Part shown: positions 10,742 through 23,800 of the stretch, in pieces
How positions within the stretch are numbered: position 1 is the first letter of the stretch
Layout: the number at the start of each line of letters is the position of its first letter
Assembly (NCBI GenBank): GCA_965178125.1
Contig: OZ237737.1
Span: forward strand, 1,612,001 to 1,676,000
DNA from: Bilabrum cf. latius
Taxonomy: Eukaryota
Length of the DNA: 64,000 nt
Direction of reading: 5' to 3'
Program-made: the position numbers and the translations under genes
The notes under the pieces: model-generated
Told to the model about the DNA's origin: nothing
The model's input: the letters and a program-made list of their open reading frames with translations, nothing else
Database searches by the model: none

Positions 10742-13520
10742 ATGGCTGCCCAGGATCTGCGGGCTATTGTCGGAGATACGCACTACTTTGAGGAAACATT
10801 GGATGTGAGGTCCTTAATACGCATTGTCTTCAATCGCCTGCAATGAATAGCAGCTTTTCTTTGGCGTGAATCCGGGACACGCACACTGCTTGCAGCATCC
10901 AATCCGACTATTTTCTTCGATTCGCAGACTGAAAAGATCAAGAAACTCTTGGACAATGCCCAGCACTCCTCCGCCTCATCCATCTCTCTTGCGGAGAAGG
11001 TAGAGGGGATGAAGTACCTAACAGCCGTGAGACACCGGCAGATTGCTGATTTATCCTTATCTGCTTTTCGCGGCCAAAGATGTGTCCTGTCATAAGATGT
11101 GACCTCCACTGCACGCAGTTCATGGCTCGTGGGCTGGACGTATCTGACTTTTACGAGGACGTCATGAAGAACGTCATTGTGAGATCCGACTGGATCGCTA
11201 GCGTCCTACCATCCCTCCGTGCGTGCTTATTCCAGTTCAATTAGTCGCCAAGCATCCCGCCAACGCAGACAAAAAGCGTAGAGTTGAAGAAGTTTGTGTA
11301 CAACTACTTGGTATACCACGCCGTGAGACTGGGCCCTGGCCCTGGGAATCCCAGCACGCAACGCTTGGCCAACCGTCCCCCAACCCTTTGATGCGGCCTC
11401 TCGCGCCCGCCTTTTCCCTTTCTTTTCACGAGCAGGACACCAATGCAAAGTGCAGGGACCTCGCCATCATGTCCATCAACGCGTTCCAGCGTGACCTGGA
11501 CAACCCCTCCCAGGTGGTGCGCGCCCTGGCAGTGCAGGTCATGTGCAGCATCCGGTCCAAGGCCATCCTCACCATCCAGAACATGGCCGCCACCAAGTCC
11601 GCCCACGACACCTCCCCCTACGTCAGGAAGGCTGCGTGCGCCGCCGTGACCCGCATCTTCCAGCTGGACCCCGGCCAGAAGGACGCGCTCATCCCCATCC
11701 TCGAGAGGCTGCTGGAGGACAAGGCGGTCATGGTCCTCGGGTCCGCCATGCAGACGTGGAGCGACGTGTGCCCCGAGCGCATCGAGCTCATCCACCCCGT
11801 GTACCGGAAGTACTGCCGCGTGCTGGCGGACATCGACGAGTGGGGACAGGTGCAGACCATCGAGGCGCTCCTGAGGTACGCCAGGACCCAGTTCGCGGAC
11901 CCTGTCAGGGCCAAGAGGGAGCTGGAGGAGAGGATGGCGGCGGCTGCCAAGGCGAGGGGCAAGGGCAGGAAGAAGAGCAAGGGCAAGAAAAAGGGCAAGG
12001 GGAAGAAGAAGGGCAAGTCCTCCGGGTTCTACTCGTCGGACGAGGACTCTGACGAGGGCGCCGGGTCGGACGGCAGCGGGAGCGAGTCGGACGACTACTA
12101 CCCCGAGGAAGGGGAGGAGGGTGTGGTGACCCTGGACGCAGACCACCAGGCACTCGTCTCGGCCTGCGTGCCCCTCCTGCGGTCGCAGAACACTGCCGTG
12201 GTGCTGGCAGCCGCCAAGGTGTTCCAGTACCTGTCACCACGCAACCGGCTGGATGCCCAGAGGGTGGGCCGCTCGCTGGTGCGGTCCATGCGCGGGCACA
12301 GGGAGGTGCGGTACGTGATGCTCTCCAACATCGTGAGGCTGGCGGAGGAGAACCCCGGCATCTTCCGGCCGTACCTGAAGGACTTCTTCGTGGCCGACTC
12401 CGAGCCGGGGTTCGTCAAGTCCCGCAAGATCAAGGTCCTCGTGTCCCTGGCGCAGCTGGACAACGTGGCGCTGGTGCTGCACGAGTTCTCGAGGTACGTG
12501 CGCGACGACGACAAGTCCTTCGTCAAGGACTGCGTGCAGGCGGTCGCGCGCATCGCCAACAACCTGCCCGACGTGGCTGACCGAGTGCTCCGTGGGCTCA
12601 TGGGCCTCGTGACCACCAACTGCCCCGACGTGGTGGCGGAGGCCGTGGTGGTCATCCGGTAGCTGCTGCAGCAGCACCCGCAGCACGACTCGGTGATCCT
12701 GCGGCTGGCTCGCATGCTGCCCAGCATCAAGCACCCTAGCGCGCGCGCCGCCATCGTGTGGGTCGTCGGCGAGTTTCAGAAGAAGCCCGCGGTGGCGGCT
12801 GTGGCCCCCGACACGCTCCGTATGCTGGCCAAGTCCTTTCAGACCGAGGCGGGCGAAGTCAAGCAGCAGATCCTCAACCTCGCAGTCAAGGTTGGGCTCA
12901 GGCAGCCCGAGTCTCCCCCCGCCGGCCTGCTGATGCGATACGTGATGGAGCTCGCCCGGTTTGATTAGGACTACGACCTGCGGGATAGGGCCAGGCTGCT
13001 GCGGAGCATGGTGCTCTCGGAGGACGAGGCACTGCGCAAGCGGGCCGAGACGGTGGTCCTGGGCAGCAAGCCTCCCCCCGAGATCGAGACGGCGTTCAGC
13101 GGCAGCGGGCAGCCCCAGTTCGACATGGGCACTCTCTCCTTCACCGTGGGACACTCGGTCAAGGGATACCTGCCCATCCCCGAGTGGACGGAGGAGCCCA
13201 CGGGGGCGGACACGAGGGACCCCGAGCTCGCGGCGAAGAGGAACAGGGCCATGCGGCCGAGGGCGGCGGCGGCGGCGGCTGCGGACCACGGCTCGGGGTC
13301 GGACACGGACACGGACTCGAGCGGTTCGGATAGCGGCAGCGACTCTGGCAGCGATAGCGGAAGCGACTCCGGGTCGGGCAGCGACTCGGAGGACGGGTCC
13401 GGCAGCGACTCTGACGGAGAGGGCGGTGGGAGCGGGAGCGACAGTGGGAGTGGGAGCGGGAGCGATTCGGACGACGGCTCTAGCGATGACGATGACGATG
13501 ACGAGGACGAGGACTTCTGA
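10742..13520 (+). CDS. AP3B: AP-3 adaptor complex beta subunit, ~786 aa; exons 10742-10804, 10928-11026, 11119-11178, 11269-11322, 11436-13520
   Basis: Adaptin N-terminal motifs: GLDVSDFYEDVMKNV, VELKKFVYNYL, MSINAFQRDL, SPYVRKAA, IELIHPVYRKYCRVLADIDEWGQ, ARAAIVWVVGE, D*DYDLRDRAR. Four phase-0 GTGAG...CAG introns. TAGs at 12660 and 12966; stop TGA. Confidence 0.93.
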
Positions 13521-13837
13521 TCGCAGCGTTTTCGAGAGGGACTCGCCGCCGCCCGCTGATCCACCCCGCCCCGCGCCCCGTTCGATTTCTACCCCATGGC
13601 TGGCTATGCGCGTCTGTGCGTGTACCGGCAGGGGGGCGGCGCGCTTGGGCTGGCGTGAGAGTGGGTCGTGGCCTTCTTTCTATTTTTGTGTGGTACTCAT
13701 GCCATCGTCTGTGCGAAGTATGGACGTGGCAGGCGAAACAGGTTTATTCTTTTGTCTGGTGCGTGATCAAGGACAACACCGAGCGCTGCTGCTGCATGCC
13801 GCAGCCAGACATTCATTCAGCAGCCCCGCAAATGACA

Positions 13838-14821
13838 TCAGTGATCTCCTGGCGGGCATTCCATCTCAGCGCCAGTGAACATGTCAACCGCTGCCTTGAC
13901 GAGATCGCTGGCCCCCAACCCCTCTGGCACACGCGCCGCTTGCTCGTACCACCCGATGGCTCGCCTTGCTGCGGCCCTGAATGGATCCAGAGCCTTGTCT
14001 GCGCCTTGACCAGCCGCTGCTCCTTCGCTTGCGCCGATCATAGCTTTTGCTATCTCGCAGATTGACCCGTGCACGTCACGCAGCAGGGCAGCCGCGAAGA
14101 GGCGAGCAAGTGCTCGGTGCGACATTGGCAGCACGGTTCGAGCGATGGGGCCGGACGAATCGCTTCGAACCAAGCGCATGGAAAGACCGTGACAGATTCC
14201 CACGGCAAGAATATCAACCTTTCGGGAAGTGCGCCAGTCCGGCTTGCTTTCCGGAACCGGGGAAGTCGTGCCAACTCTGCGAATCGCCTCTGCTCGCAGC
14301 TGCTTGTGGAACTGCTCAATGCACCGCATGGCCGTCTTTGATGCAAAACTGGCAGGAAAGCTCTTGTATAGTAGCACGCATGGTTTCAGACTGCTTGCGG
14401 ACGGAGTTTCGCGCAGCAGGCGAGCCGAAGCGTCAAATGATCCGTAGCATCGTCGCTCAAGCGGGAACAGCACTAGCAAGCGGGGCGGCTGAGGCTTCGC
14501 CACGAGACGGTTAACTGCCTCTGTAAGTCGTCCTATGGCTGCAACATCGGATGAAGCCTGTTCTTGAGTCAGCGCTACGACATAGAAGGAGGTTCCAGCA
14601 ATCGCCTTTGCGTCAACCGCGTTGCCGTCCAGCACTGGTACTTGCCGCACTGCTGCAGTTCCTGCGGGCCCACCAGTAAGAATGTGTGACGCTTTTCCGT
14701 GTCCAACTAGAAGCTTAAGGCCGGGGGTTGTCATTTGGGCCCTTCGTGTGATGCGAGCACTGATCGCAGCTGCCCAGGCCGCCGCAAAATTTGGTCGCAC
14801 CGTGACAGTCCCGGCGAACAT
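13838..14821 (-). CDS. Hypothetical protein (~300-327 aa; start ATG 14821 or 14734)
   Basis: Long ORF with globular-looking composition ending in TGA, filling the gap between convergent AP3B and the divergent gene at 15028. No family recognised with confidence. Confidence 0.6.
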   Translation of the reverse strand: MFAGTVTVRPNFAAAWAAAISARITRRAQMTTPGLKLLVGHGKASHILTGGPAGTAAVRQVPVLDGNAVDAKAIAGTSFYVVALTQEQASSDVAAIGRLTEAVNRLVAKPQPPRLLVLFPLERRCYGSFDASARLLRETPSASSLKPCVLLYKSFPASFASKTAMRCIEQFHKQLRAEAIRRVGTTSPVPESKPDWRTSRKVDILAVGICHGLSMRLVRSDSSGPIARTVLPMSHRALARLFAAALLRDVHGSICEIAKAMIGASEGAAAGQGADKALDPFRAAARRAIGWYEQAARVPEGLGASDLVKAAVDMFTGAEMECPPGDH

Positions 14822-15027
14822 TTGCCACACAATCAGTCATCGGCCAACGTAGGGGGTTTTCGATTGCACGTAAAGCACGCACTACTTACTGGTTAAGTCA
14901 GTGACCTAGTTGTGTGACAGCAATCACTCGTTCAGGAGCTGGTTGGGCCATTTCTTTCAAATAGCCCTGGCACGGCTCATTTTGAATTTCTGTCATGTCC
15001 GCTTCGGGCAAAAAAAGCCTTACAACC

Positions 15028-18000
15028 ATGGATTCATCAAGTGATGATTCGGATGCAGAACTTGAGGACGCGAGAAAGAAGATGCGCGACGCTTAGAGGC
15101 AAGCTTTGCTGGCGTCGAGCTCGGACAGCTCGGACGATGAAGTGCTAAGCAAGCACCTTTCTGCTGGTAGCAAGTCTAAGTCCAAGCCACCGGTGAAAAA
15201 GTAGCAGTCCAAGCGAGCTGCGCCGGTTGTCGTGTCTGAGATCAAAGTAAACGTGAAGAAAGCCGAGACCCCGTCCATGCTATCGATGCTTACTTCGGGC
15301 GTGGACCCCAGGGCCATCCCATCTGTCGAAGAGCTCGAGGCAAAGGCCTCCAAACCACAGGGTATCAAAATTAACACGGGTCGGCTGCGTGGCAAGGGAA
15401 GCAACAGGCGAGTTGGCAACACGAGAGGCGAGACAGCTCTGGTGCGAGCACCGGTCCTCGAATCCGTCCGCAAGTTCAAGCCCAACGTTCTGCAGAAAGC
15501 TACCAAGGACTACGAGAGGTTGCAGGACCTCCGCACCTCGGAGCAGCCGCGACCCCACCGCAGCCTGTGCAGGAGCATTTCCGAGGCCCCCTCCTGGGCT
15601 GCCACCTTCGGCACAGCGTGCCACGCATCGGACTGCCAGGCGAGCGAGGAGCAGAGGGTCACCCAGTGGCTGGCAACCCACGCGGGCTTCGATGAGGACT
15701 TGTGGATGGCTGTGTACTAGCCGGCGGGCGGTACTGCTCGACATCGTGGCAGCAAGCAGCCGAGTATGCGAGACGGGAACGAAGACGAGGAGGACGAGGA
15801 GCGCGGGAGCGGAAGCGGCAGTCGCAAGAGGCCCCGGGCCAAGGCCACCACATGCCTGTGGGGGCAGATCTTCGCCAAGCTTCCCTCCGTGGCTGCCCCC
15901 CGCGCCGCTGCCATCGCGCTGCGAGGACTGGCAGAGGCAGCGGGTGCCGTACTGAGGGCGGCCCGACTGGGACTGCTGGACGCGGGCAGTCCGCGCGTGC
16001 AGGCGGCCGTGGAGAGGCAGCTGTCCCCGGGACAGGCCCATGGAACCAGAGGTGAAGGTTCCTCGCCCCTGCTGCCAGTGCCTGGCCCCGTGTGTCGCGC
16101 ACTGTTCTTCGCGGCTGCCTACTGGCCAGAGCCAGCCGACGCAGACGCTGCAGCACAAGCTCTGACCGCCTTGATGGAGCCCAGCGCGCTGACAGGGTCT
16201 GGCAACCGCAGCGGATGGGCGGGCGGGTCGTCGTACAGCGCGCTGGACGGACTGCCCATGTCTGGGCACTTTGCTGCGATGCTGCACGGAGCACCTCTCG
16301 CTTCAGCTGGGCTCGGCGTGGTTGCGGGTGGGGTCTCTGAGGGCATAGCCGGCGAGTCGTTCGTGGGAGCGAAGAAGCACCCCGTGCAGGCTGCGGGCAA
16401 GCTTGGCATATCCTCGCTGGTGACGAGTGGGGTGCCACTGGCGGGTTCAGATGAGGTCATGAAGGCCGCCAGCGGTGGGCTGGATGCGAGCGCGAGCAGC
16501 GGCGGCACCGCTGCGATGAGCCACCTGAAGCCAGTGGGCGGGGTCGTGCTGCCCGTGGCCCGCGAGCACGGCATCCTCGCCCCCATCAGCGAGCCCTCGG
16601 ACGCAGAACGGCGTGCGGCAGCGCTGCTGCTAGGACCTGAGGCTGGGGGCGCCGAGGAGAGCACGGTGGACTCTGGCAGCAAGACCGGGTGCAAGGACGG
16701 AGAGCGGAAGGAGGCAGGCGAGGCCAAGGCAGGCAAGGAAGCGGACGAGGAGAACGGGGGCGAGGGCTCGTGGGCAGCCCGGGAGGCCCCGATGCTGGGC
16801 GCCATCTCGCTCGTGCGGCTCATGGCGAGGTGCGAGTGGGTGCCTGGTCCCGGACCCGCGCTGGCGGCCATGCGGGCCATCGGTAGTAGAGGGACGGCTC
16901 GGTGGGATGGACTGCAGGCTGCCATGTCTGCCCAGGCCCAGGCCACTCCGTGGCTGGATGAGGACGTGACTGAGTGCCATGTGGCATCTGCTGGCACAGA
17001 CGCGGTGTCTGGCTCGCTGGCGTGGTGGGTACGGAAAGTGGGCCCTGGAGTGCTGCCATCGGCTGAACCCAAGGGGAGCAGCAGCAGCAGTGGCCCGTCC
17101 ACATCTTCAGCCTCATCATCGTCTCTTAGTCCAGTGGCCGGCTCCAAGCGTTCGGGCGCCGAGGCGGGAGTAGGTGACGCCAGCAGCAACGCCTCCGCTC
17201 CACCCGAGAAGCTCGCCCGTGAGTCGAGCGTGGCATCGTCCGCTACCCTCAGGAATCTGCGAGACAGGTAGGACGACTGGCTGGCGGCCATGGATGCCAC
17301 TGGGATGCTGAGGGCTAGCACAGTGATGCGGCTGGCAGGCGTTTCGTTGGGTATCGCGTGCAGCCTCCCTGCAAAGCACCAGGCCTCCATCCGCCCGAGA
17401 CCGCTGCCTGTAGATGCCGCCTCGCTCGCGCTGCTGGCCCTTGACGCGCTCCCGGAGGACCTTCGCTGCACGCAAGTCACCGCTAGCAGCGATTCCCTCG
17501 CACAGACCGTAGAGTCCGCGAGCACCTCTCCGAAAGCCGCATCTTCTGTGGCTTCCTCCTCCTCGGCGTCGGCTTCCTCTGCCTCGTCAACAGGGTCTAG
17601 CAGCGAAGCCGCAGCCCAAAGCAGCAGCAATTCCCCTGACCGCCCGCCGGTGCTAGAAGCAGACGAGGACTCGGCATCCTTGCTGCAGCTGGCTGCGGCG
17701 CTGCTGGTCACGGACGACGACGCGCGCATCCCTGGGGGTCCAGTGCAGGGGGCGGCAAGGGAAGCTGTGGCGCAGTGCGGGCGGTACTTGCAGATGCAAT
17801 CGGACATGCGGGCGGGTCGCGCGCGGTTGGGTCAGTAGTCGTGGTCGGGCAAGGAGCAGGTAGAGTGGTGGCACAAGCTGTTCTCCCAGAGGCTTCACGA
17901 CGTGTTTGCGACTCCTGTTCGGTTGCTGCAGGCCAAACTGACTCCGTCTGTGGCGCGGCTAGTTCTGTCGGTAGCGCAGTTGGACCGCGACGTGGAAGAA

Positions 18001-20253
18001 CTGTACAAGGAGCTGGGCGTGCCCATGCCGAGGAGCATGGAGGTGAGGCACCTGGCGGGTGAGGGGTCTGGGGGGGCAGCTGGCGGAGGTAAGCCCACGT
18101 CGAAGGCGAAGGCGAAGGCGAAGGGAAAGGCTGGCGGCAAGAAGTTGGCCGATCAGGAAGGCGCAGGGCTGGAGAGCGACGCCAGCGGGGGCGATGAGGC
18201 GCCCTCCTCTGGCGTGCTAGGAGTAGTGGGAGCCAAGGCAGTCACGGGGCCCGCTGCCGATGTGTCGGCTCACGGTATCGATGATCTAAGCTCGGACTCA
18301 GAGGATGGGAATGAGGGTGGCGAAGGGCAGCCGAGGCGCACGCGGAAGAGGCGCGCAATGGAGCCCGTGGCTCGCTCGCTGTTGCTGTCCGCGCACGTGC
18401 CTAGAGTCCAGGACAGCTTCGCGGACGTGCGCGGATCCAGCATGGAGACCGTGATGACCTTCGGGCGGATCGTCCACGCCATGGGCGCGGGCGTGTTCGC
18501 GTCGTACGACAGAGGCGCGGACAGCTCGGAGGACGAGCTGAGTGCGGGGGGGATCCACACGAGGCCAGCCATCGCGGGCAGCGTCTCCGTGGCAAAGCGG
18601 CTGGCTGCGAATAAACCAAGCCGCATGGGCGCCCGCACGCGGTGGATCCAGGTGTGGTCCTCGAAGGAGTGTCGGTTCGAGCCCGCGCAGATCACTGGGT
18701 ATGACGGTGTGCCGCAGGGACGGGACGATGGGCTGTCGGACGAGGAAGATCTGGACGCCAGGGGCGCTTCGGATGAGGACGAAGACGAGGAGGACGAGGA
18801 CGGGGGCATCGTGGGCAAGCGCGCCAGGATGGAGAAAGAGGCCACCAAGCTGTCAAGGCGACAGGCCCAGCAGACTGCCATCGGGGCCAGCGCGAGGCTG
18901 CGCAAGCAGCTTAACAAGAGCAGGGCGGAAGCCAGGGGTGGCAGCACAGTAAGGCTGCTGCAGAGCGGAGGAAGGCACATCCTGCGCATGCCTGCGATCG
19001 ACTCGGAGCGGCAGATGACTCTGTTCGCCAAGCTGTGTCGGCCCATGGCCTCCCCAGACGGTGCTGACCGATACTGGTGCAAGCTTCACAAGCTCACGCT
19101 GTCCGCTGTGAAGAAGGCCGTCCAGTCCGCTCTACGCTGCGCGATTTCGAGGCAACCTCCCAGCTTCGAGGACGTGCTGGCCTGCCGTAGGGCCATCGCT
19201 CTCCTCTCTATGCCGGGGGCCACTGATACAACGGTGAAGGGGGCCCCCGAGCACGTCCGCATGCAGCTGCCGCCCGCCCGGGGCGACGTCACTGGCGCTG
19301 TGCTCTCCATGCCGGAGGATCCCTTCAGCCACCCATCACTGCACCACGCCGTCTCGGTAGTGCAGCAGCTCTCCGACACGGATGTGATGGCGCCTGCCTG
19401 GATGCAGGGCCTCTGGGCGCACACGACCCATTTCCTCGTGGCGTCAGTGACTGCCACAGGCACCAGCTCGGTATCGGATGCGGCCTTGGACAAGTGCAAG
19501 GAGCGGTACATCCGGTCCTTCGACAGCGCCGCCCGCTCGCTGCACCAGGCCGCCAACGAAGAAGCCATCGCGTCAGGCGGCATCGTCGGCATGTTTGCCC
19601 GCCTGTCGTCTGACAAGGGCCAGGTCCATGAGTCGGAGAAGAAGGCGGCAGAACTCACAGAGACGGTGCTGGCCAAGGCGGGCTTCGCGCGCTGCATCCC
19701 ACCGATGGCCTCCTCCATTGGCAGGCCCACCGCCATCTAGCTGGAGAAAGCCGTGGCCAGGCTCCCCACCCGGGACCCCGTGGATCCGTACACCGGGAAG
19801 CGCGGCCACAACGACAGCCTGGACATCCCGCACTCGTGCCGCTTGCTCAGCCTCATCGCGCTCGCCGAGGAGGCGCTGCTGTTCACGTGGAGGAGAAAGC
19901 CGCTCCCTGCGGTCCCCAAGGATCCGCAGGAGGCAGCTGACGTGTTTGCCGCGGTAGCAAAGGGCAGCAGCGGAGCGCACGCCCTTGCCATGTCGCTGGG
20001 ACCCACACGGGTTCAATCCACCGCGCTGGTGCAGGACTCGGTGGCCAACCGTGCGGCCTTCCTAGACAGCCGGTTCGGGAGGGTGCTGCAAGCAGGCGCG
20101 CCGGCCTCCAAGAAGTTCCGACGCAACATTGCTACCCTCGTAGGAAGGTGGGTGGCGGCTCTGCAAGGCAAGTTCGACGCGCCTGCAGTGGCTGCTCGGC
20201 AGCTGGCAAGAGGGCTGATGCAGAGATTTCAAGGGTAGCAGGATCCATTTTGA
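15028..20253 (+). CDS. Large hypothetical protein (~1,741 aa), acidic/basic low-complexity tracts, possibly nuclear
   Basis: ATG 15028 (MDSSSDDSDAELEDARKKMRDA*RQALL). Five same-frame ORFs are linked only by TAGs (15094, 15202, 15718, 17269, 17836, 19738, 20236); first TGA at 20251-20253. Confidence 0.8.
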
Positions 20254-20807
20254 GTGTTGAAGGTTGGATGCAATAAGACACATCAAAAAGTTATAGCAAA
20301 TTCAGAAGCATCTCGGCCCGGGATCGAAGGTACCCTAGCTCAAAATCAGGCGCCTGGATTGCACACCACACCAAGAATCATGCAGGCAGCCGCACTTGGC
20401 TGCAGTCGGAATCCACCTCAAAGTGCGTCTGAATGGCCAGCGCCTGGAGTGCCACTGAAGTCTAGATGCGACTACCCAGTAGCCGGGGGGCTTCCGGACT
20501 CCCAAATTGGTCGGGTGATCCGATCCTTGCTTGGAGACGCTCCGATCACTTGGAGCTGTTCCTGTTCCGGGCCGCTACGCAACCATATTATATAGATTTC
20601 ACAACAGCCCGGGCCTCTTCTTCTTCCTCTTCTGCCCAACGTGCCCACTGGCACTCTCCTTGCGCATGCCTCGCTGACTGTGCCCAATCGCTTAGTCTAC
20701 TCCTGCGCCAAGCTGCGCCACATGCGTTCTTAAATTCTCTCTACACGTCTAGCAGGTGCTATGCCGAACACAAGACCTTGGTAAAGAAGACCACAAGGGG
20801 CTTCCTA

Positions 20808-23800
20808 TCAATCAGTGGCCTGTTGTTGGATCTCCGACCCTGCTGCTCGCCCTTCGTGATTTGTGCCTTGGCTCCTCGGCTCCTACAGCGTCCCGAATCC
20901 GACGGAAACACTAGCAGCTGTAGCAGACCCCACAGCTGCTCGCACGGGGGATAAGCCCTTTCCTGGCTTGAGACTCTGCTGAGTGTCTGGATTCGGCCCT
21001 TTCACGTGTTTGCGTGCTGCCTGGCCAAGTACGCCAGCCAGCTTTTGTGGACGGGAAATCGTCTGTCTAACCCGAGGAGGAGACAGCCGGGTCTCTCGCA
21101 TTGCTCTTCGGCGTTTGTCCTCACCACGTACCAGCCACAGGGTTACTACAAGGCACAGCATGGCCACAAAGTTGACGAGGCACAGGATCACCGTCACTAG
21201 CGTGCCGGTCGTGGCCAGCCGATCGCGCATCGTAGTAGGTGCTTCCTCATCGCCAATCGCGATCGTGCTGTCCCTGGAACTCGTGATATTACCAGTGTCA
21301 TTGGCACTTTCCTCTCCGAGAGTCTATGTTGCCGATGACCCCGCTGCCTCAATATCGGCCTCCTCCTCGAGCACCAGGTCCTCGCTGCGCAGGTACAGCA
21401 CCGACAGGATCTGTGTGACGGTGACTGCTGCCAAGCACAGGGTCTCGATCCGGTTGAAGGCCTTCTCTTTGAAGGGCAGGTACTGCGAATGGAGCACCAG
21501 AGCTAGCACCGACACACAGATGGAGAACAGAACGGCGTTGTAGGCCTCCTTGATGAGCGACCCGATCGCCACGATGGCCACCTTGCGCACCATCCCGATG
21601 GCCTCCCACCACTGCAGGCCCCTTTCCGTGTCGTATCCCTTGTACAAGAATCCGTACTGCTCGAAGAACACGTCATCATTGTCCAGCCGATACTGTGAAA
21701 CGCGTGACAACATGATACCCACCGCAACTGGCAGGCCAAGTCCCAACACCAACAGAACCAGCCCTGCACCGGCCTGCAACGCAACGTGATCTCCAACGTA
21801 GCACTCCACGCGCAGGTCCCTCTTCAGGTAGACTCGACCCCCAATCGGATCGGGCAGGCAGTCAAACACCGACAGTGCCATGGAAGACACCACAGCGTAC
21901 GACAGACACACCACTAGCACGGCAGTCCCCAAGAAGCGCAGCCCGACGAAATAGTCATACACGGCTGCGAATGGGCTTGCCTTGCCCTTGACCGCATGAA
22001 TTGATGTCCGGCGCGACATCCAGGGGGATGATCCTGAGTCCGGAGAGGCTGCGGCGGCTGCGGCTAGACTCACAGCCTTGCCGCTGCGAATCCCGCCCCC
22101 TACTGAGCCTGCATCTTGTGAACCCCGCAGCTGCTGCATCGACATGGGGTTCACAGATCTGAACGAGATGTTCGGCGGCTCCTCTGTCGGCTATAGAGCA
22201 GGCGTTGGTAGCAGCTTGTGATTCGTGTCGTGTCGGATGCATAGGACGAGATTGCACAGCCCACTTAGGTCGCGATGTCTGATCTTAGTCCCCGAGCAAG
22301 CCTCCAACGAGAAGGCCAGCAGGTTGAGCACGATGGCCCCAGCGCTCACCACGAATGGGAAAGCAGCGGCTGTGAAGAAGATCACCGAAAACGATGGACG
22401 CACTGCGCACTGCAGGGGGCTGCCAGCGAACAGGCTAGCGCCGGCTGTCTCGGTCCATCCAACCAGCATCCGGAACGTCTCTGTTCCCTTGGCCTTGTAC
22501 AGCCCTAGGGTGCCCAGCGCGGTGATGTAGTTCATCCCAATGCGGAACACGATCCCCAGCCGAGAGTGCTTGTCAGGCCGCTACAGCACAGCCACGTAGA
22601 AGAGCCCGATTGTCATCACGACGATACCTGCCCCCACCAGGCCCCAGTTCGACCGGTCATCGTAGCACGGCACGCACTCTCCCGGGGTAGAGCTGGCTCC
22701 ATAGTTGAGCTGCTCGTCGCACACGGCGCATAGAGGACCCGTGTGACCCTCTGCACAGCTGAACGCCCGTTTGTCTTGGTCGATTACGCATCCGCTGGGA
22801 TACAAGCACTCATGAAACTCTGCCGCAGCTGTAATCAGCCTCTCTCCCGTGCTTTCGTTTAACAAGGGAGCCGCTTCGTCGTCTGGCACCAGGTACCAGC
22901 CCTGCGACGGCAGCGACAGGAGACCGCCTGCGCAGGACGCGAATCCCAGCTCGTCTGGGCATGACTTGCACTGCTCACCATCCCAGCCCAAAGCATAGGA
23001 CTTTGCCGGACAGTCGTCACACCGGGTTCCGCCTTGCCCTGCGGGCTCTTTGCCCGGACCGCAAGGTGTCATTCGGACGGAAGATCGCAGTGGAGTGCCT
23101 GGCAGCTGGATAGACTCTCCTCTGTAGCATGTCACCTCGATCTCGTATGTCGCTCCTGCCCTGCCCAGTGCGGCGATGGCAGGCCACTCCACCAGTCCAC
23201 CTTTGGCTTCTGCTTCTGGGTTGAACAGCATCACGGAAGGATCATCGGACAGCAGCACGGACTCACACCGAACGTGGATCTCGTCAGTCGCCCTCAAGGG
23301 TGGATCGACCACCTGCTGTCCGTCCCAGACCGTCACCACTTCAACGGCCATATAGAAGGGGTCCTAGGATGAGACAGATGAAGGTGGTTGTCGCAGCCAC
23401 CTACCAAGCTCCCCCTTCATGTGCACTTGTACGGCTTCTATTACGGGCTCTCCTCCTTGCGCCCTGCTGCACTCGATCTCCAGATTCAGCGACATGCCGT
23501 AGTCTGCCTGCAGCACCACCCGATCGATTGGGATCACACCACCTAGATCCAGTACCTACTGCTGAGCAGCTGCATCCATGGCATTGATGCTGGGCAGTAG
23601 CAGGCGAGAAGGTAGCATCGGCACACCCGCAAGCGTCGAGGCGTGCTAGTTGTCAGGATCCATGCCGAGCTGCTCCATCCGGACACGTCGCCTGTCCAGC
23701 TGCAGGTCCTCGGTGTCAAGGTCAATCGTGGGCTCATATCCCGTCGCTGGTGGTACCAGAAGTGCGGGTTGCACCTCGGTTACATCCGGGGACCCATCGT

